From: a virus
Taxonomy: Duplodnaviria > Caudoviricetes
Length of the DNA stretch: 64,000 nucleotides
Strand: one strand, 5' to 3'
Virus record (IMG/VR): IMGVR_UViG_3300037692_000137
Location: 96,001 to 160,000 of that record
The translations under genes were made by a program, and so were the position numbers. The number at the start of each line of letters is the position of its first letter. The first letter of the stretch is position 1. The notes below the pieces were generated by a model that ran no database searches, was not told the DNA's origin, and saw only the letters and a program-made list of their open reading frames with translations. Positions 1-10,542 of the stretch are shown here, in pieces.

Positions 1-3000
1 AAGTCTCCTTCATCAGTTGATACGTAAGCAGTGGAATCAAATAGGTTGGCCGTTGTAACCCAGGGTGTTTCTAAACATATTTTATATAACCCTAAAGAGT
101 TGTCTATGAGCGTCGAGTCATACCCAACAAATTCAATTGTATCAAAAAATAGCCACTCTGTTGGAAGTTCTTCTAGTAAAATGCCATCTATATCAAAAAC
201 CCTTGGTGGGCCATTATCTAATTGTATAAGAAAGTAATTGTCTGCTGGACCATATTCATCTTTATTCTTGGAGGGTACTATTGTTATATAGTGGTCACCT
301 TCATCACAGACTATTTGGTGCTCCACTTTTTTATAGTCAAAAATGTAGTCTGGATGTTCTATACTAATAAATGTGTGTCTGCCGTGACCGCTTTCGTAAG
401 GTAAAGAATAAGCAACATGTTCATCCTCTGCGCTTAGTATGTCATCACGTAGAGTCTCAGATCTATCTACTTCAAGCCATTTTTCTTGCCAAACCCATTG
501 AATTGATTTGGTCTCATCCATTGGATAGTCATAGTAAGTGTACCAAGAACACACCGGGGTGGCATCGTCACCAATAAGGAACTGCGGTCTTGGTTTTGGG
601 TACACAGCTGTGGAGCTAGCGTTGGCCCTAAATATAGTACCAAACTTAAACCTATTTACATCATCCACAGTTTCTGCTATTGTTACATTATCTATTAAAG
701 CCACTTGCAATAAACCAAGTTGGTGTATAAATGGAGAGGCATAGTCATCTGTAATTAAGTCAATGTTGTAGTAATCAGCCGGTAAAGATATGTCAGCAAC
801 AGTATAGTGTAAGGCCATGGGCATCCAACGTTTCTTCTCTACGGCATTGGCTCCAGATAAATCGTAATAAGTAACACAATCCATAGTGCGGTAAGAGTTT
901 AATTGCCCACGAACAACATCACCAAACTTTGGAGGTACCCCGCTATTCCTTAAACAGTATTCAAGTGCTATAGCATCAAGGCCTCCGCGATAGAAGCCTT
1001 GACCGTTAAATAAGTTATCTGATACTTTTTTACCATTATAATAGTAAAAGTCGCAGGTACAATTCCACAGCTGCGCGTGGGATTCTTCAAAACCGTAGGA
1101 ATCCACTGGACCTAACATGCGCATATCATGTGATCCGTGATCAGCAGCTTCATCCGCGAACACCTCCATAACACCTCTATCAGAGATATGAGCACTAGAT
1201 ATCTCTTCATAAGAGGCTAATTTATCACAAGCGCTATAAGGGTACCACATAAAACCTGCTCTTGCATATGTTGACAACTCATGATCTCCACATGGGGGTG
1301 AAGAACCCCCAATAATACCTGTTTCTAATACTACTGAATATCTTCTACCGTAGCAGAAACCTTGTGGATATAATGTATATGTTGTATAGTTAGCTTTCCA
1401 ACTATAGAAAATTTCAACATCTTGACAATAGGGTTGTCTAACCCACATAATAGGCTTTGTCCTTGTTACCCCTTTAACTCTACCGCCAGTACTTTTATAA
1501 ACCACAGATATTAATATACTAGTAGAATCAAACTTTGATAGTGTGTACTCTATGGACTCCCCATCATTTATATTAGTTACATCTAAGGATAAAGGGTCAT
1601 TTAAATCGTTTACTGTTATCTTTTCAAAAGGCTCAGTAGGTACCTCATCAAAACTCCGTTTTTGGTAATAATGTAGTTTTGGTATATTAAGTTGAAATGA
1701 ACAAGGTCTTACAAAATCTTCTATATCTTTAGGTTTAACAAAAAACTGATTTACCTCAAGAGCGTCATTACACCAATCCATTATCTCCATCTCAATAGAC
1801 TTATGTTTACCGTCAACGTCTATAACGTCTAATGTTAATTTACCCTCTATTTCAAATGGCCTATGAACGTAGCTTAAATTAGGATCTGTATCAGGTAGTA
1901 TTACAAGTGCTTTACCTTTGTTACCAAAAAACTTTATATTTTCTTCCGTTAAAAATAAATCTGTAAACGCTGTAACTTTATATGATATGAAACTTGTGAT
2001 ATCAGTGCTATTTGTGTCATTGTAAACGTAAGCCACATCTCCATGCACTTTATCTTCTCTTAAACTAAGAAACTTAAATTTTACAGCCCCATTATCATTC
2101 ATATTGGCGGCAAACCTACTTTCATAGTTTGGTAATTTGTCTATTGTACCCCCGTCACCTTCAATAGAAAAAGCTGTTTGAGCTATAATACCACCACAGT
2201 ATTCTTTTTTAAAGTCTACTGTAGCAAATTCCCACGTATCCTCAGTTTTCTCCACAACCAGTATTTTATTATCACCAAAGAAAGTTTTTGCTCTGATATA
2301 AAAAGAGTTCTCGTCTTTTGGTAGTTCATTACCAGCGATACTGTCAGGCATAAATACAAGTAGGTTGTCAACTACTAGATTTAATTGGTTTTTCCAATCG
2401 TCATAGGCTTCCGCACTTTTAGCCTTAGAAACATTGTAACTACTAACATATTCAAGTAAACCAACTTTTATCGTTGATGGTAGTCGCTTATTTACATCTG
2501 GATCACTTAGGTTTATGGCGTATACATCGGCGTTATACACAAAGGAGTCGCCCCAAATAACTAAGTATTTGTGATTAAGATCCCCTGTCTCAAACACATT
2601 GTATTTATTAGTTACAGGTGGGGTATCTTCAGTACCTTCTGATATTGTTTCTGTAACCTGATCAAACACATTTCTTATTATAGGTCTAAGATTGGGTTCT
2701 TTAATTTCTTTTATTAGTGTTGGAAAACTTGTTTCTTGTGTTTCAGTTGGTATGCCATCAGTTAACGTAGTGCTATCATAAGATACGTCAAAGTAATTAA
2801 AGTGCCTAAAATAGTTTCTGGCTGCATGAATTAAAGCGGAAGTAGAGTATACTTTTGGATTAATAAATAAAGTATATGTACCTAACCAAGCATACAAATC
2901 TGGATTATCAAAAGATAGTTGATATATTGGTTGCTTAACAGTGGCGCCTAAAGCATTAGTAGACTCTACTAAGTCTGCCCAGCGTTCTCTTCTTATATAG

Positions 3001-3878
3001 TATCTAAGCTCTAATAGCTGCTCAGCTAATACTTTATCACCTTCCCCCATCTTGTCATCAACACAATACTGCCAACAAACACCGGTGTAATGTGGGCACT
3101 CAGGTTTAGCTCCATTACAGGGAGCTATGTAACCATAATTAACGTCATACTTATATTCCCAAAATTCTTTTACATTGTCATCTGAGCAAGTACAGTAAGT
3201 AATTATTTCATTTGCTTGACCATTTACAGTGTCAATAGAAAAATTCTCTACATTTGCTTGCCACCAATAACATTTACTGAGTTTTGCGCGAACATTAAAT
3301 ACTAAGTACGGTAAAGGTATTCTATAACCTAATTGTTGTTTGGTATAACAACCTTCTAGCATATAAGGCGTTGTATCTTCAGAACCCAGCTCTTTGGGCT
3401 TAAGTTTACCAAAGGCCATAATAAATGGGGCATAACCAGAACAGGTTATTGATGTACCATAACCATCGCATTGACCGTCATGGTATTCATTGATTGCTTT
3501 AAATGACCAGTAAGTACTGGCTTCGGAGATTGTTATTGGGTTTAAACCGTCATCGTATAAATAAACAAGCTTGCCTGTGTCTGCAATTGCTGAACCACTA
3601 GCCACAGTATGTACCCATTTCTCGCAGGTAGTTTTATTAGTTACATGTCTTGATGGGTCAGGTAGAACACACCTATTTGATCGGGCTTCACCAGGTTCAT
3701 ATTGTTTACAAACGTAGTCTGCTGTACCAAGAAGATTACAATAAGGGGCCATAGTAGCTCGTAAAAGGGTTCCTTGATCATTTGTGCCCTTATATAAACA
3801 AATTGTCATGTCATTGTCCCAGTGCATGCATACGGCTGGTTCAATGGTTGACCAATATTGACATGGATTTTTAGCCAT
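1..3878 (-). CDS. Large virion-associated hypothetical protein, >1292 aa, 3-prime end outside the window; Cys-rich N-terminus
   Basis: Absent from the ORF track because it runs off the left edge. ATG at 3878 overlaps the stop of the upstream gene (ATGGCTAA). Reads MAKNPCQYWSTIEPAVCMHWDND. I checked codon by codon that it is open at 3-660 and near the start, and read the middle more roughly without meeting a stop. Confidence 0.8.
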   Translation of the reverse strand, partial: MAKNPCQYWSTIEPAVCMHWDNDMTICLYKGTNDQGTLLRATMAPYCNLLGTADYVCKQYEPGEARSNRCVLPDPSRHVTNKTTCEKWVHTVASGSAIADTGKLVYLYDDGLNPITISEASTYWSFKAINEYHDGQCDGYGTSITCSGYAPFIMAFGKLKPKELGSEDTTPYMLEGCYTKQQLGYRIPLPYLVFNVRAKLSKCYWWQANVENFSIDTVNGQANEIITYCTCSDDNVKEFWEYKYDVNYGYIAPCNGAKPECPHYTGVCWQYCVDDKMGEGDKVLAEQLLELRYYIRRERWADLVESTNALGATVKQPIYQLSFDNPDLYAWLGTYTLFINPKVYSTSALIHAARNYFRHFNYFDVSYDSTTLTDGIPTETQETSFPTLIKEIKEPNLRPIIRNVFDQVTETISEGTEDTPPVTNKYNVFETGDLNHKYLVIWGDSFVYNADVYAINLSDPDVNKRLPSTIKVGLLEYVSSYNVSKAKSAEAYDDWKNQLNLVVDNLLVFMPDSIAGNELPKDENSFYIRAKTFFGDNKILVVEKTEDTWEFATVDFKKEYCGGIIAQTAFSIEGDGGTIDKLPNYESRFAANMNDNGAVKFKFLSLREDKVHGDVAYVYNDTNSTDITSFISYKVTAFTDLFLTEENIKFFGNKGKALVILPDTDPNLSYVHRPFEIEGKLTLDVIDVDGKHKSIEMEIMDWCNDALEVNQFFVKPKDIEDFVRPCSFQLNIPKLHYYQKRSFDEVPTEPFEKITVNDLNDPLSLDVTNINDGESIEYTLSKFDSTSILISVVYKSTGGRVKGVTRTKPIMWVRQPYCQDVEIFYSWKANYTTYTLYPQGFCYGRRYSVVLETGIIGGSSPPCGDHELSTYARAGFMWYPYSACDKLASYEEISSAHISDRGVMEVFADEAADHGSHDMRMLGPVDSYGFEESHAQLWNCTCDFYYYNGKKVSDNLFNGQGFYRGGLDAIALEYCLRNSGVPPKFGDVVRGQLNSYRTMDCVTYYDLSGANAVEKKRWMPMALHYTVADISLPADYYNIDLITDDYASPFIHQLGLLQVALIDNVTIAETVDDVNRFKFGTIFRANASSTAVYPKPRPQFLIGDDATPVCSWYTYYDYPMDETKSIQWVWQEKWLEVDRSETLRDDILSAEDEHVAYSLPYESGHGRHTFISIEHPDYIFDYKKVEHQIVCDEGDHYITIVPSKNKDEYGPADNYFLIQLDNGPPRVFDIDGILLEELPTEWLFFDTIEFVGYDSTLIDNSLGLYKICLETPWVTTANLFDSTAYVSTDEGD

Positions 3879-4179
3879 TTATGACCTTTATATTAAATTT
3901 GCCAGTAAACTCATCAATAGTATAATGTACTTTTGTAGCGCCCTCATAAAAACCTATTGTGCGCTGTTCCACTTGAAAAGAGGCTTGATTACCCGGTATC
4001 ATAGACGCACGAGTATTAATGAAGTAAGCCTCTTTATTTAATAGGTGCCAACTTCTACCATCATAGTGTAAAGACAAACATTTTATCTGCGTTTTTGGTA
4101 TCGAAGCCCAAGAAGATTGATTTTCATTTATAGTAGTACCATCCTGTAGTTCTACTTCCCAACCTCTTCTAATTGACAT
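3871..4179 (-). CDS. Hypothetical protein, 102 aa
   Basis: Co-oriented ORF overlapping both neighbours, consistent with translational coupling; no recognisable motif. Confidence 0.75.
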   Translation of the reverse strand: MSIRRGWEVELQDGTTINENQSSWASIPKTQIKCLSLHYDGRSWHLLNKEAYFINTRASMIPGNQASFQVEQRTIGFYEGATKVHYTIDEFTGKFNIKVING

Positions 4180-5605
4180 GATTGGTTCCTTTTCCTTTAT
4201 TGTATTTAACGTATTTTAAATTACCACAATCCCATATACGTGTATAGCCTTGGGCTTTCCTTAGTTCCCATTCAGAAACATCTTTTGGTTCGTCTGCCTT
4301 TTTACGAAGAGAGAACCTGTTAAATCTTTCATAACATTGATCTTTGAGATACCAATAATTAGGTTTAGTGTATTGATCAAACTCAAATCCTAATTTAGTG
4401 TATAAAGCGCCATCAGACCATCTTCTATCGGCGTAAGAAAATAACTCTAACCACGAGTAATTGCGTTCAAAATATTTTAGTAATTTTGAAGCACCCCCTA
4501 CTATCTCAGTGTTAAGCTTAGAACAAAACCTATGTAATTCCCAAACCCCCTCTTTAATTATTTTGTGTCCTTTGGCTAGGGATGGCCTGGAAAAGGTCAT
4601 TACGGCAACTAACATATCATTATATAATAAACCAAGTTTAATTGATGACCCCGCACCATACCCTTGAAGATGATTTTCTTCACAAAACATACGTGCTTGC
4701 TTTGCGTTTATGGTGGTAACTTTGCAATTACGGGCGTATATTTTAATAAAAGCTGATCTATCTATATAACTCAACAACCGTGACCGACATATTGCATTTT
4801 TGTATCTAAACTCATCAGCAAAAACCGTTATGAGCTTATAATTGTTGTTTAAACAGCCCTCCAATTTTTTTAAATGGTAGCTTTCTCCTTTACCTGTTAG
4901 TTCTGAATGCCAATATAAACCACAATACTCTATGGCAATTTTTTTATCTGGGATTACTATGTCTAATTCTTTGGGTTTACAAATAAATCTATTATTAGTA
5001 CTTACTTCAGCATGCTCTGATATAAAGCCTCTTAAAGCCTCTTCTTCTTTTGATACACCGCTACTACCACAAGTAGCACAGCGACTGCCTTTACTTGACC
5101 AATTATCCCAGGTAAAACTATAAATGTGCCCATTCGGGCATTTAGTTGTTAAATGATCTTGACAACCAATATAGTTTTCTGACATTAAATTATAGCCTTC
5201 CTGCTCCAAAGATGTTTTAATATCTAAAATATTTTTTTTTATGTTGCCATTACATAAGTAGCACCTTCGTCCTTGAAGCCATGAAGAATAGCAAATTGTG
5301 TATTTGTGCCCATGTGGGCAAACATAGTCTAATTTTTGCTTATTGTTTAGGTATTCTTTTGTTAATAAGACATAACCTTCTAATGCAAAGGACTTACGTA
5401 TCTCATCTAATGTATGTATGGGCCTCCCATTACAATAGGGACATCTGGCATCTTTGTGCAGCCAGTCAGCCCAAGCTATACTGTGTATGTGGCCTTCTGG
5501 GCATTTGTAATTAAGTTTCTTTTTGTTACTAATGTAAGTGTCACTTAATAATGTGTATCCCTCATTTTCAAAAGCTTTTCTTACAACATCTATTGTATAA
5601 CGCAT
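4169..5605 (-). mobile_element. Hef-like free-standing homing endonuclease: Zn-ribbon repeats, Vsr/PD-(D/E)XK nuclease, C-terminal GNAT-like domain
   Basis: Three CPxGH Zn-ribbon units; ELDIVIPDKKIAIEYCGLYWHSE nuclease motif; C-terminal YARNCKV..ENHLQG..WELHRFCSKL..VGGASKLLKYF..YADRRWS block typical of Hef-like phage proteins. Confidence 0.75.
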
Positions 5606-5635
5606 TTAATTCCCTTACCGAGAGTTACTAGGTTA

Positions 5636-5657
5636 GAGGAGTGGGTAAGCACCCCTC
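5636..5657 (-). promoter_or_regulatory. Stem-loop in the leader of the Hef-like gene
   Basis: Minus strand GAGGGGTG-CTTACC-CACTCCTC, an 8-bp stem with one G:U pair, in the 100-bp gap upstream of the AAGGGAA RBS; no U-tract. Confidence 0.4.
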
Positions 5658-5706
5658 AACGTCCGTCAACGCTGTCCCTAATGTGTTTAATAACTTCATT
5701 TAATTA

Positions 5707-7260
5707 TTACGCGAAATCAAAGAATGTTCTCTGATTGATTTGGCTATTTGCCCCTGTCTCGCTTGCACCTAAACGTATATTAACAAATATTGGGTCGCTT
5801 GTCAAGCCAATATTTCCTACACTCTCACTATCATCAGCTGTGGCTACAACTAACATGTTGGCTACAGTATGATATAGATAGGCAGGAGGTGTATTACTAT
5901 CTATATCCGCGGCAGTTATACCTGGATACCATTCTATACCATTTTCTGGGGCTATACCAGCATTACTACCTGGCCCTACGGTGCCAAATCTAAAATAAGT
6001 GTCATTGTTGCCAGCCTCATGGTGTGAAAAACTTCCATGACTCTGTAAACCAAATTTTATTGAGCTTGCCTGTACAGCTCCGGAAACAATTTCAAACATA
6101 ACGCATTTAACTGGACTCTCAGTAGACACAGTAACGTTTCCATAATTAAGGCTGGTTATATCATAGGATTTTGGTTTAGGTCCTGAGCATATGATATTAA
6201 ACTCATCACGTATGCCTAAGTAGTCAGAAGGCCCTGTGGGCTCAAATTTAATATATAGGCCTCTTGTACCTAATCGTACCCAATTACCCTCTGATGGGGT
6301 CGTGGCGGCTGCTCCCATGTCCCCTCTTGTGGATGAGTAAGCAAACATAGCAGAACCTGCTGGATCTGTAACATTAGTGCCACTAGTATAGTCAGGTTTA
6401 TAGCAAGGTACTGTCCAATATCCCGCTGAGAAAACAGCATCTGTAAACTTAATCATAAGCCCACGAGTACCTATCTTATACCAATGGTTTGCATATAGAA
6501 GCTCTGTGGCTACAGTAGAGTTATCCGCAGAAGGAGATGCTGACCAAGTCATCATAGGCACATTACCTGTTCCTCCGCCCATAGTGGTTCCATTAGTTAT
6601 ATCTATAGTTATGGTGTATGTCGTATCCGCACTATCATTATATACACCTCCGGTGGTCATAATACCACCGTAGGTAATAACTTTTGAGGCTGTACCTATC
6701 CCTCTTGCGGCGTCATTATCATTAGTTATGACTACCTTGTATGTTTCATCAAAGAAGCCCTTATACGTTCCGGAGACTGTTACTGTTCCAGCAAAGGTAT
6801 TAGCTGTGGCTAAACCTCCAACCTCACTTTTTGTGCTAAAACCTAGTGTGGCATGCACCGTATTTGTGCCACTTATAACAGCAACAGTCGATGCTACTCC
6901 CATAGTACCCGAGTATATTTTAAAACAATTACCTTGACCGGCTGTATTAGTCCACTCACAAACGGCCTTATCCCAGCGCTCATCACTCTTACCTAAGTCA
7001 TGCATTTTTTCTGTAATATCTTTAGCCACAAATCTCGGATCAAGAGCTGTACCAGGATAAAGAGTGATGTATGCACCAGGATCTCCATCCATTGATAAGT
7101 AAAGCCTGTTATTAGCAGGACCTATAGTAAATGTGTCCCCTACAGCAGCCGTAGCAGTAGATGAAGCACGGGCTCCAACACAGCCGGCGCCCCTTCCGTC
7201 ACCGTAGTCACCTGCTGTGGCCGGATCAATTTCTACCCATCTTGTAATTACGCCGCTCAT
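5707..7260 (-). CDS. Putative virion structural protein (Gly/Thr-rich, beta-rich), 517 aa
   Basis: Long ORF with AGGAGG RBS in the tail-tip cluster; composition typical of phage tail proteins. Confidence 0.6.
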   Translation of the reverse strand: MSGVITRWVEIDPATAGDYGDGRGAGCVGARASSTATAAVGDTFTIGPANNRLYLSMDGDPGAYITLYPGTALDPRFVAKDITEKMHDLGKSDERWDKAVCEWTNTAGQGNCFKIYSGTMGVASTVAVISGTNTVHATLGFSTKSEVGGLATANTFAGTVTVSGTYKGFFDETYKVVITNDNDAARGIGTASKVITYGGIMTTGGVYNDSADTTYTITIDITNGTTMGGGTGNVPMMTWSASPSADNSTVATELLYANHWYKIGTRGLMIKFTDAVFSAGYWTVPCYKPDYTSGTNVTDPAGSAMFAYSSTRGDMGAAATTPSEGNWVRLGTRGLYIKFEPTGPSDYLGIRDEFNIICSGPKPKSYDITSLNYGNVTVSTESPVKCVMFEIVSGAVQASSIKFGLQSHGSFSHHEAGNNDTYFRFGTVGPGSNAGIAPENGIEWYPGITAADIDSNTPPAYLYHTVANMLVVATADDSESVGNIGLTSDPIFVNIRLGASETGANSQINQRTFFDFA

Positions 7261-7288
7261 ATTTGAACCTCCTTAAACATTAAATGTA

Positions 7289-7903
7289 TTAATTATTACT
7301 TATTGTAAAATCCCAGCTAAACGCAGGTAACTGATTACCACTGTAGTCCTTTATACCACTCACTGTTATGGTGTATGTATGACCATATAGATACTGCATT
7401 GTTTGTGGCCTAATCTCAGCACCTAGATTTGCCCAACCTATTGGAATTATGCTAGAGGTCAAATCATAGTGATCGTATTCTTTTGTTGTAAAATATGTTG
7501 TAATTCTTTCTGAGTGGGGGCATATAGCAGTATTTGATGCTGCTGCTGATACTAATATCTCGTTACCTGCACCCCAATCCTTAGTAGGATCTCTATATAA
7601 AATATGGTATCCAAATAAAAATGAGTAAGCCTCCTCTAAAATTTCGTCATCATAATTTGATATATGTAAAGTTAAGTCTACCGCCCCGCTTATATTTAGC
7701 GGACCCGTTTCTATTATATAGTAGTTAGCTCCCAAACCTGATACACTTGTTGGTAAAATAGCGTCATTAAATATGTAGTATGTATTTAATGGATTTACAC
7801 CAGATACAGTAGTATCATGAACTGTAGACGAAAATATAATGGGTGCTTCTACATATACCCAGTCATTGAGGCTTATTGCTAAATCCTCTATAGTTATTGA
7901 CAT
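7289..7903 (-). CDS. Virion protein with C-terminal SbsA/Big_5-type Ig-like domain
   Basis: C-terminus YGHTYTITVSGIKDYSGNQLPAFSWDFT matches the Big_5 Ig-like signature. Confidence 0.6.
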   Translation of the reverse strand: MSITIEDLAISLNDWVYVEAPIIFSSTVHDTTVSGVNPLNTYYIFNDAILPTSVSGLGANYYIIETGPLNISGAVDLTLHISNYDDEILEEAYSFLFGYHILYRDPTKDWGAGNEILVSAAASNTAICPHSERITTYFTTKEYDHYDLTSSIIPIGWANLGAEIRPQTMQYLYGHTYTITVSGIKDYSGNQLPAFSWDFTISNN

Positions 7904-7927
7904 TTAGTTCCTCTATTATTTAGATAG

Positions 7928-10534
7928 TTACATTATTCGTAGTATTATAGGCCTTGTGCTTATGTTAACACGATGCCTATCTACATCTAAAGTAATACTT
8001 TCTATATCTATTCCAGCATCATCTATCGCATATACATTAATTGACACCTCTCCTAATTTTCTATATACTCCGGATTTACACGCTGCCGGAGAAAGAGATT
8101 CCAAATCAAACCATGGGCCGCTACTAGCTACACAGTGAAAACGATAAGTATCGAATAAGTAGTTAGCTTGATCTGAAGCATCCTTAACACGGATAGCCAC
8201 CTCAACTGTTTGGCCAAAGTGAAAATTTATCTCTGGTGTGTATTTAATATGGTAGCCTTGTGCAATGGTAGTTACTGTGGGAATCTTTCTTCTATTATTA
8301 ACGTAAAATTCTAAACTACTTATATCCACCCCAACATTAAGATCAAGTAAGTCAAACTCTATATCCGTATCCACAGGAACATCTAAGGACTCTCTGGCTG
8401 GCAGTTCGTTAGTAATAAATGGTGCTTTATAATCAGCTATTGTTTTAAACCAGTAGTCTATCATTATTCTATTAGGTATAGGGGCTTTATCATATAAAAC
8501 TATATACACGTATACAACGGCGTTAGAGTGAAAAAATGCTATAGGTGTTACTGTTATATCCAACCCTAATAGCCCGCCTCCGGCGTCGTAGGTGTTTACA
8601 ACTATATTAGCAGTATCAGCATATTCTATGAAGCCTGTGTCGCCAGCATAAGACACCTCTCTAACTTTAAAAGACAACGAAGCTGCATCAAGGTCATAAC
8701 CAAATGGTGCCAGTCTGATCCATACTGTAGTATCAACACTGTTCTTCTCTGACCAAAATTTAGGTATGGCGTCTATTAAGAACCTAAATTGATTTATGGT
8801 TACAGCGTCTTTATTTCCAGAAGACATGTGCCTACTTATGTATGTTTGACTAAGCTGTAATGTATCTGTTTTAGTAGGTAACTGTTCTAGCAGTATAATA
8901 CTTTCAAAATCCTCAGCCTGCATAAATTTAGAGGTACTTGTAAAGTCCAAAATTTGCTTTATTAATGGGGCATTGCCTGCGGGTAGTGGGTAATCTCCGT
9001 CCCCTCCTGGAAACCAAAATTTACTTAAGGATTTTAGAATATATGTTATATAAAGGCCCACTAATTGTTTTAAAATGGTGGTACATCCAACAGTATCCAA
9101 CTTTTGTGTTATTACACCAGGATAAGTTACATGAATATATTTTTTTAGTAAGTCTAAGGATAAATTACCCCAAATATATTGACTTCCTGTATAGGTGCTT
9201 GACCCGGCTGCTCTGGTAGTTAATAGTATTATATCACAACAAGAATCTGCAATATTGGGATCATACCAACCACTGGTATATGTTAATGACGCTATACCGC
9301 TGCTATCTGTAGTATCTTGTTTATTTATATCATCATAGTTACCACTTGAATCACCAGAAACCTTATCAAAGAATACCACTATTCCAGGCAGGGTGTTACC
9401 ATATTGGTCTCTGACTAACGCGTACACCGTTGTTTGCTCTTGGTTATGTAAAGTACTGGTTGGGGCTGACCACATGGCTAAGGAATCTACATAAGGTATT
9501 ATACTGTCTTGTTGATAATTGTAGTTAGCCCAAGTATAATCAGATTGTGTGCCATTGTCATTTCGTAAAGTAGTTTCTTTTTGTAATCTGTAAACAACGG
9601 TGTTTGTAAAATCTATATCATACGTGATTATTGCTGTCATGTTATCTGATTTGGTATTAAGTATAGACTGTGACTTTTTAATTTCAAAATCATCTATATC
9701 TACATACAGTATGTTACTACTTTTAATAAAGGCTACTGTGTTAGTATAAGGTATACCATATCTTGACGCTATAACATCTTTATACAAACCACTACTATGC
9801 TTATCCATTACGGCGCCGGAAGTTGCATTTAATCTAAATAGTGTGCCTTTAGTTGTGTCACCTGAGTCACCTATATTACTAAAAAGTAATATATCTTTAT
9901 AGTATGTTATAGGGTCATAAGAATTATAGTAGTTACTGGGTGCGGACGGGCCACCAGAAATAGTGGTCACTATATCAACTCTTGATCCTGATATAGCTGT
10001 TATTAAGACCATTTCAAAAGCGTTAATATTATTTGCATGACTGCTTGGACCTAAATAAATAGTATCGCCTACAACCATACGAGCAGTGCTGGATACGTTT
10101 ATATAGCCTGTGCCGGAAGCAGTGGGCGCTGAAAAACCTGTATTGTAATGTTCTAAAGAAGCAGTATAGCAGTCAAAATTATCAGAACCGCTATCTGTTA
10201 TATTTAATGTTTGTACTAAGTCTAGCCTATTAGAGGTATTATTTAATTCCCAACGTTTTATAGTACAATTAGAGTCATCCACACGCTGCAGTGTGAAAAA
10301 GGGCATACCATCTGATAATGATGAGGTATTAGTAGGTCCTGTATAAATAAATGAATCAACAGTAGAATTTTGTGGTATAGTAGGGTTTAAAGTATAGTTT
10401 CCTTGCACAGCCCCAGATGAATTACGTATCTGCATAACAGCAGCAGCATTTGTAGTGTCAATACTACCAAAGGTGCTGGTAATTGGTGCTATACAAAAAT
10501 TACCATATTTAAAATCTATATTTTCATAAGCCAT
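7928..10534 (-). CDS. Tail-tip or fibre-like protein, paralog 3 (shared N-terminal domain, Big_1-like Ig domain, C-terminal Ig-like domains)
   Basis: N-terminus MAYENIDFKYGNF resembles the two neighbouring genes; ALVRDQYGNTLPGIVVF..TDSSGIASLTY is Big_1-like. Confidence 0.6.
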   Translation of the reverse strand: MAYENIDFKYGNFCIAPITSTFGSIDTTNAAAVMQIRNSSGAVQGNYTLNPTIPQNSTVDSFIYTGPTNTSSLSDGMPFFTLQRVDDSNCTIKRWELNNTSNRLDLVQTLNITDSGSDNFDCYTASLEHYNTGFSAPTASGTGYINVSSTARMVVGDTIYLGPSSHANNINAFEMVLITAISGSRVDIVTTISGGPSAPSNYYNSYDPITYYKDILLFSNIGDSGDTTKGTLFRLNATSGAVMDKHSSGLYKDVIASRYGIPYTNTVAFIKSSNILYVDIDDFEIKKSQSILNTKSDNMTAIITYDIDFTNTVVYRLQKETTLRNDNGTQSDYTWANYNYQQDSIIPYVDSLAMWSAPTSTLHNQEQTTVYALVRDQYGNTLPGIVVFFDKVSGDSSGNYDDINKQDTTDSSGIASLTYTSGWYDPNIADSCCDIILLTTRAAGSSTYTGSQYIWGNLSLDLLKKYIHVTYPGVITQKLDTVGCTTILKQLVGLYITYILKSLSKFWFPGGDGDYPLPAGNAPLIKQILDFTSTSKFMQAEDFESIILLEQLPTKTDTLQLSQTYISRHMSSGNKDAVTINQFRFLIDAIPKFWSEKNSVDTTVWIRLAPFGYDLDAASLSFKVREVSYAGDTGFIEYADTANIVVNTYDAGGGLLGLDITVTPIAFFHSNAVVYVYIVLYDKAPIPNRIMIDYWFKTIADYKAPFITNELPARESLDVPVDTDIEFDLLDLNVGVDISSLEFYVNNRRKIPTVTTIAQGYHIKYTPEINFHFGQTVEVAIRVKDASDQANYLFDTYRFHCVASSGPWFDLESLSPAACKSGVYRKLGEVSINVYAIDDAGIDIESITLDVDRHRVNISTRPIILRIM

Positions 10535-10542
10535 GAATCACC

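Noticed and set aside
31-744. Four short plus-strand ORFs in the apparently empty first 3.8 kb
   Set aside because: They lie antisense to the long minus-strand gene that runs off the window edge.
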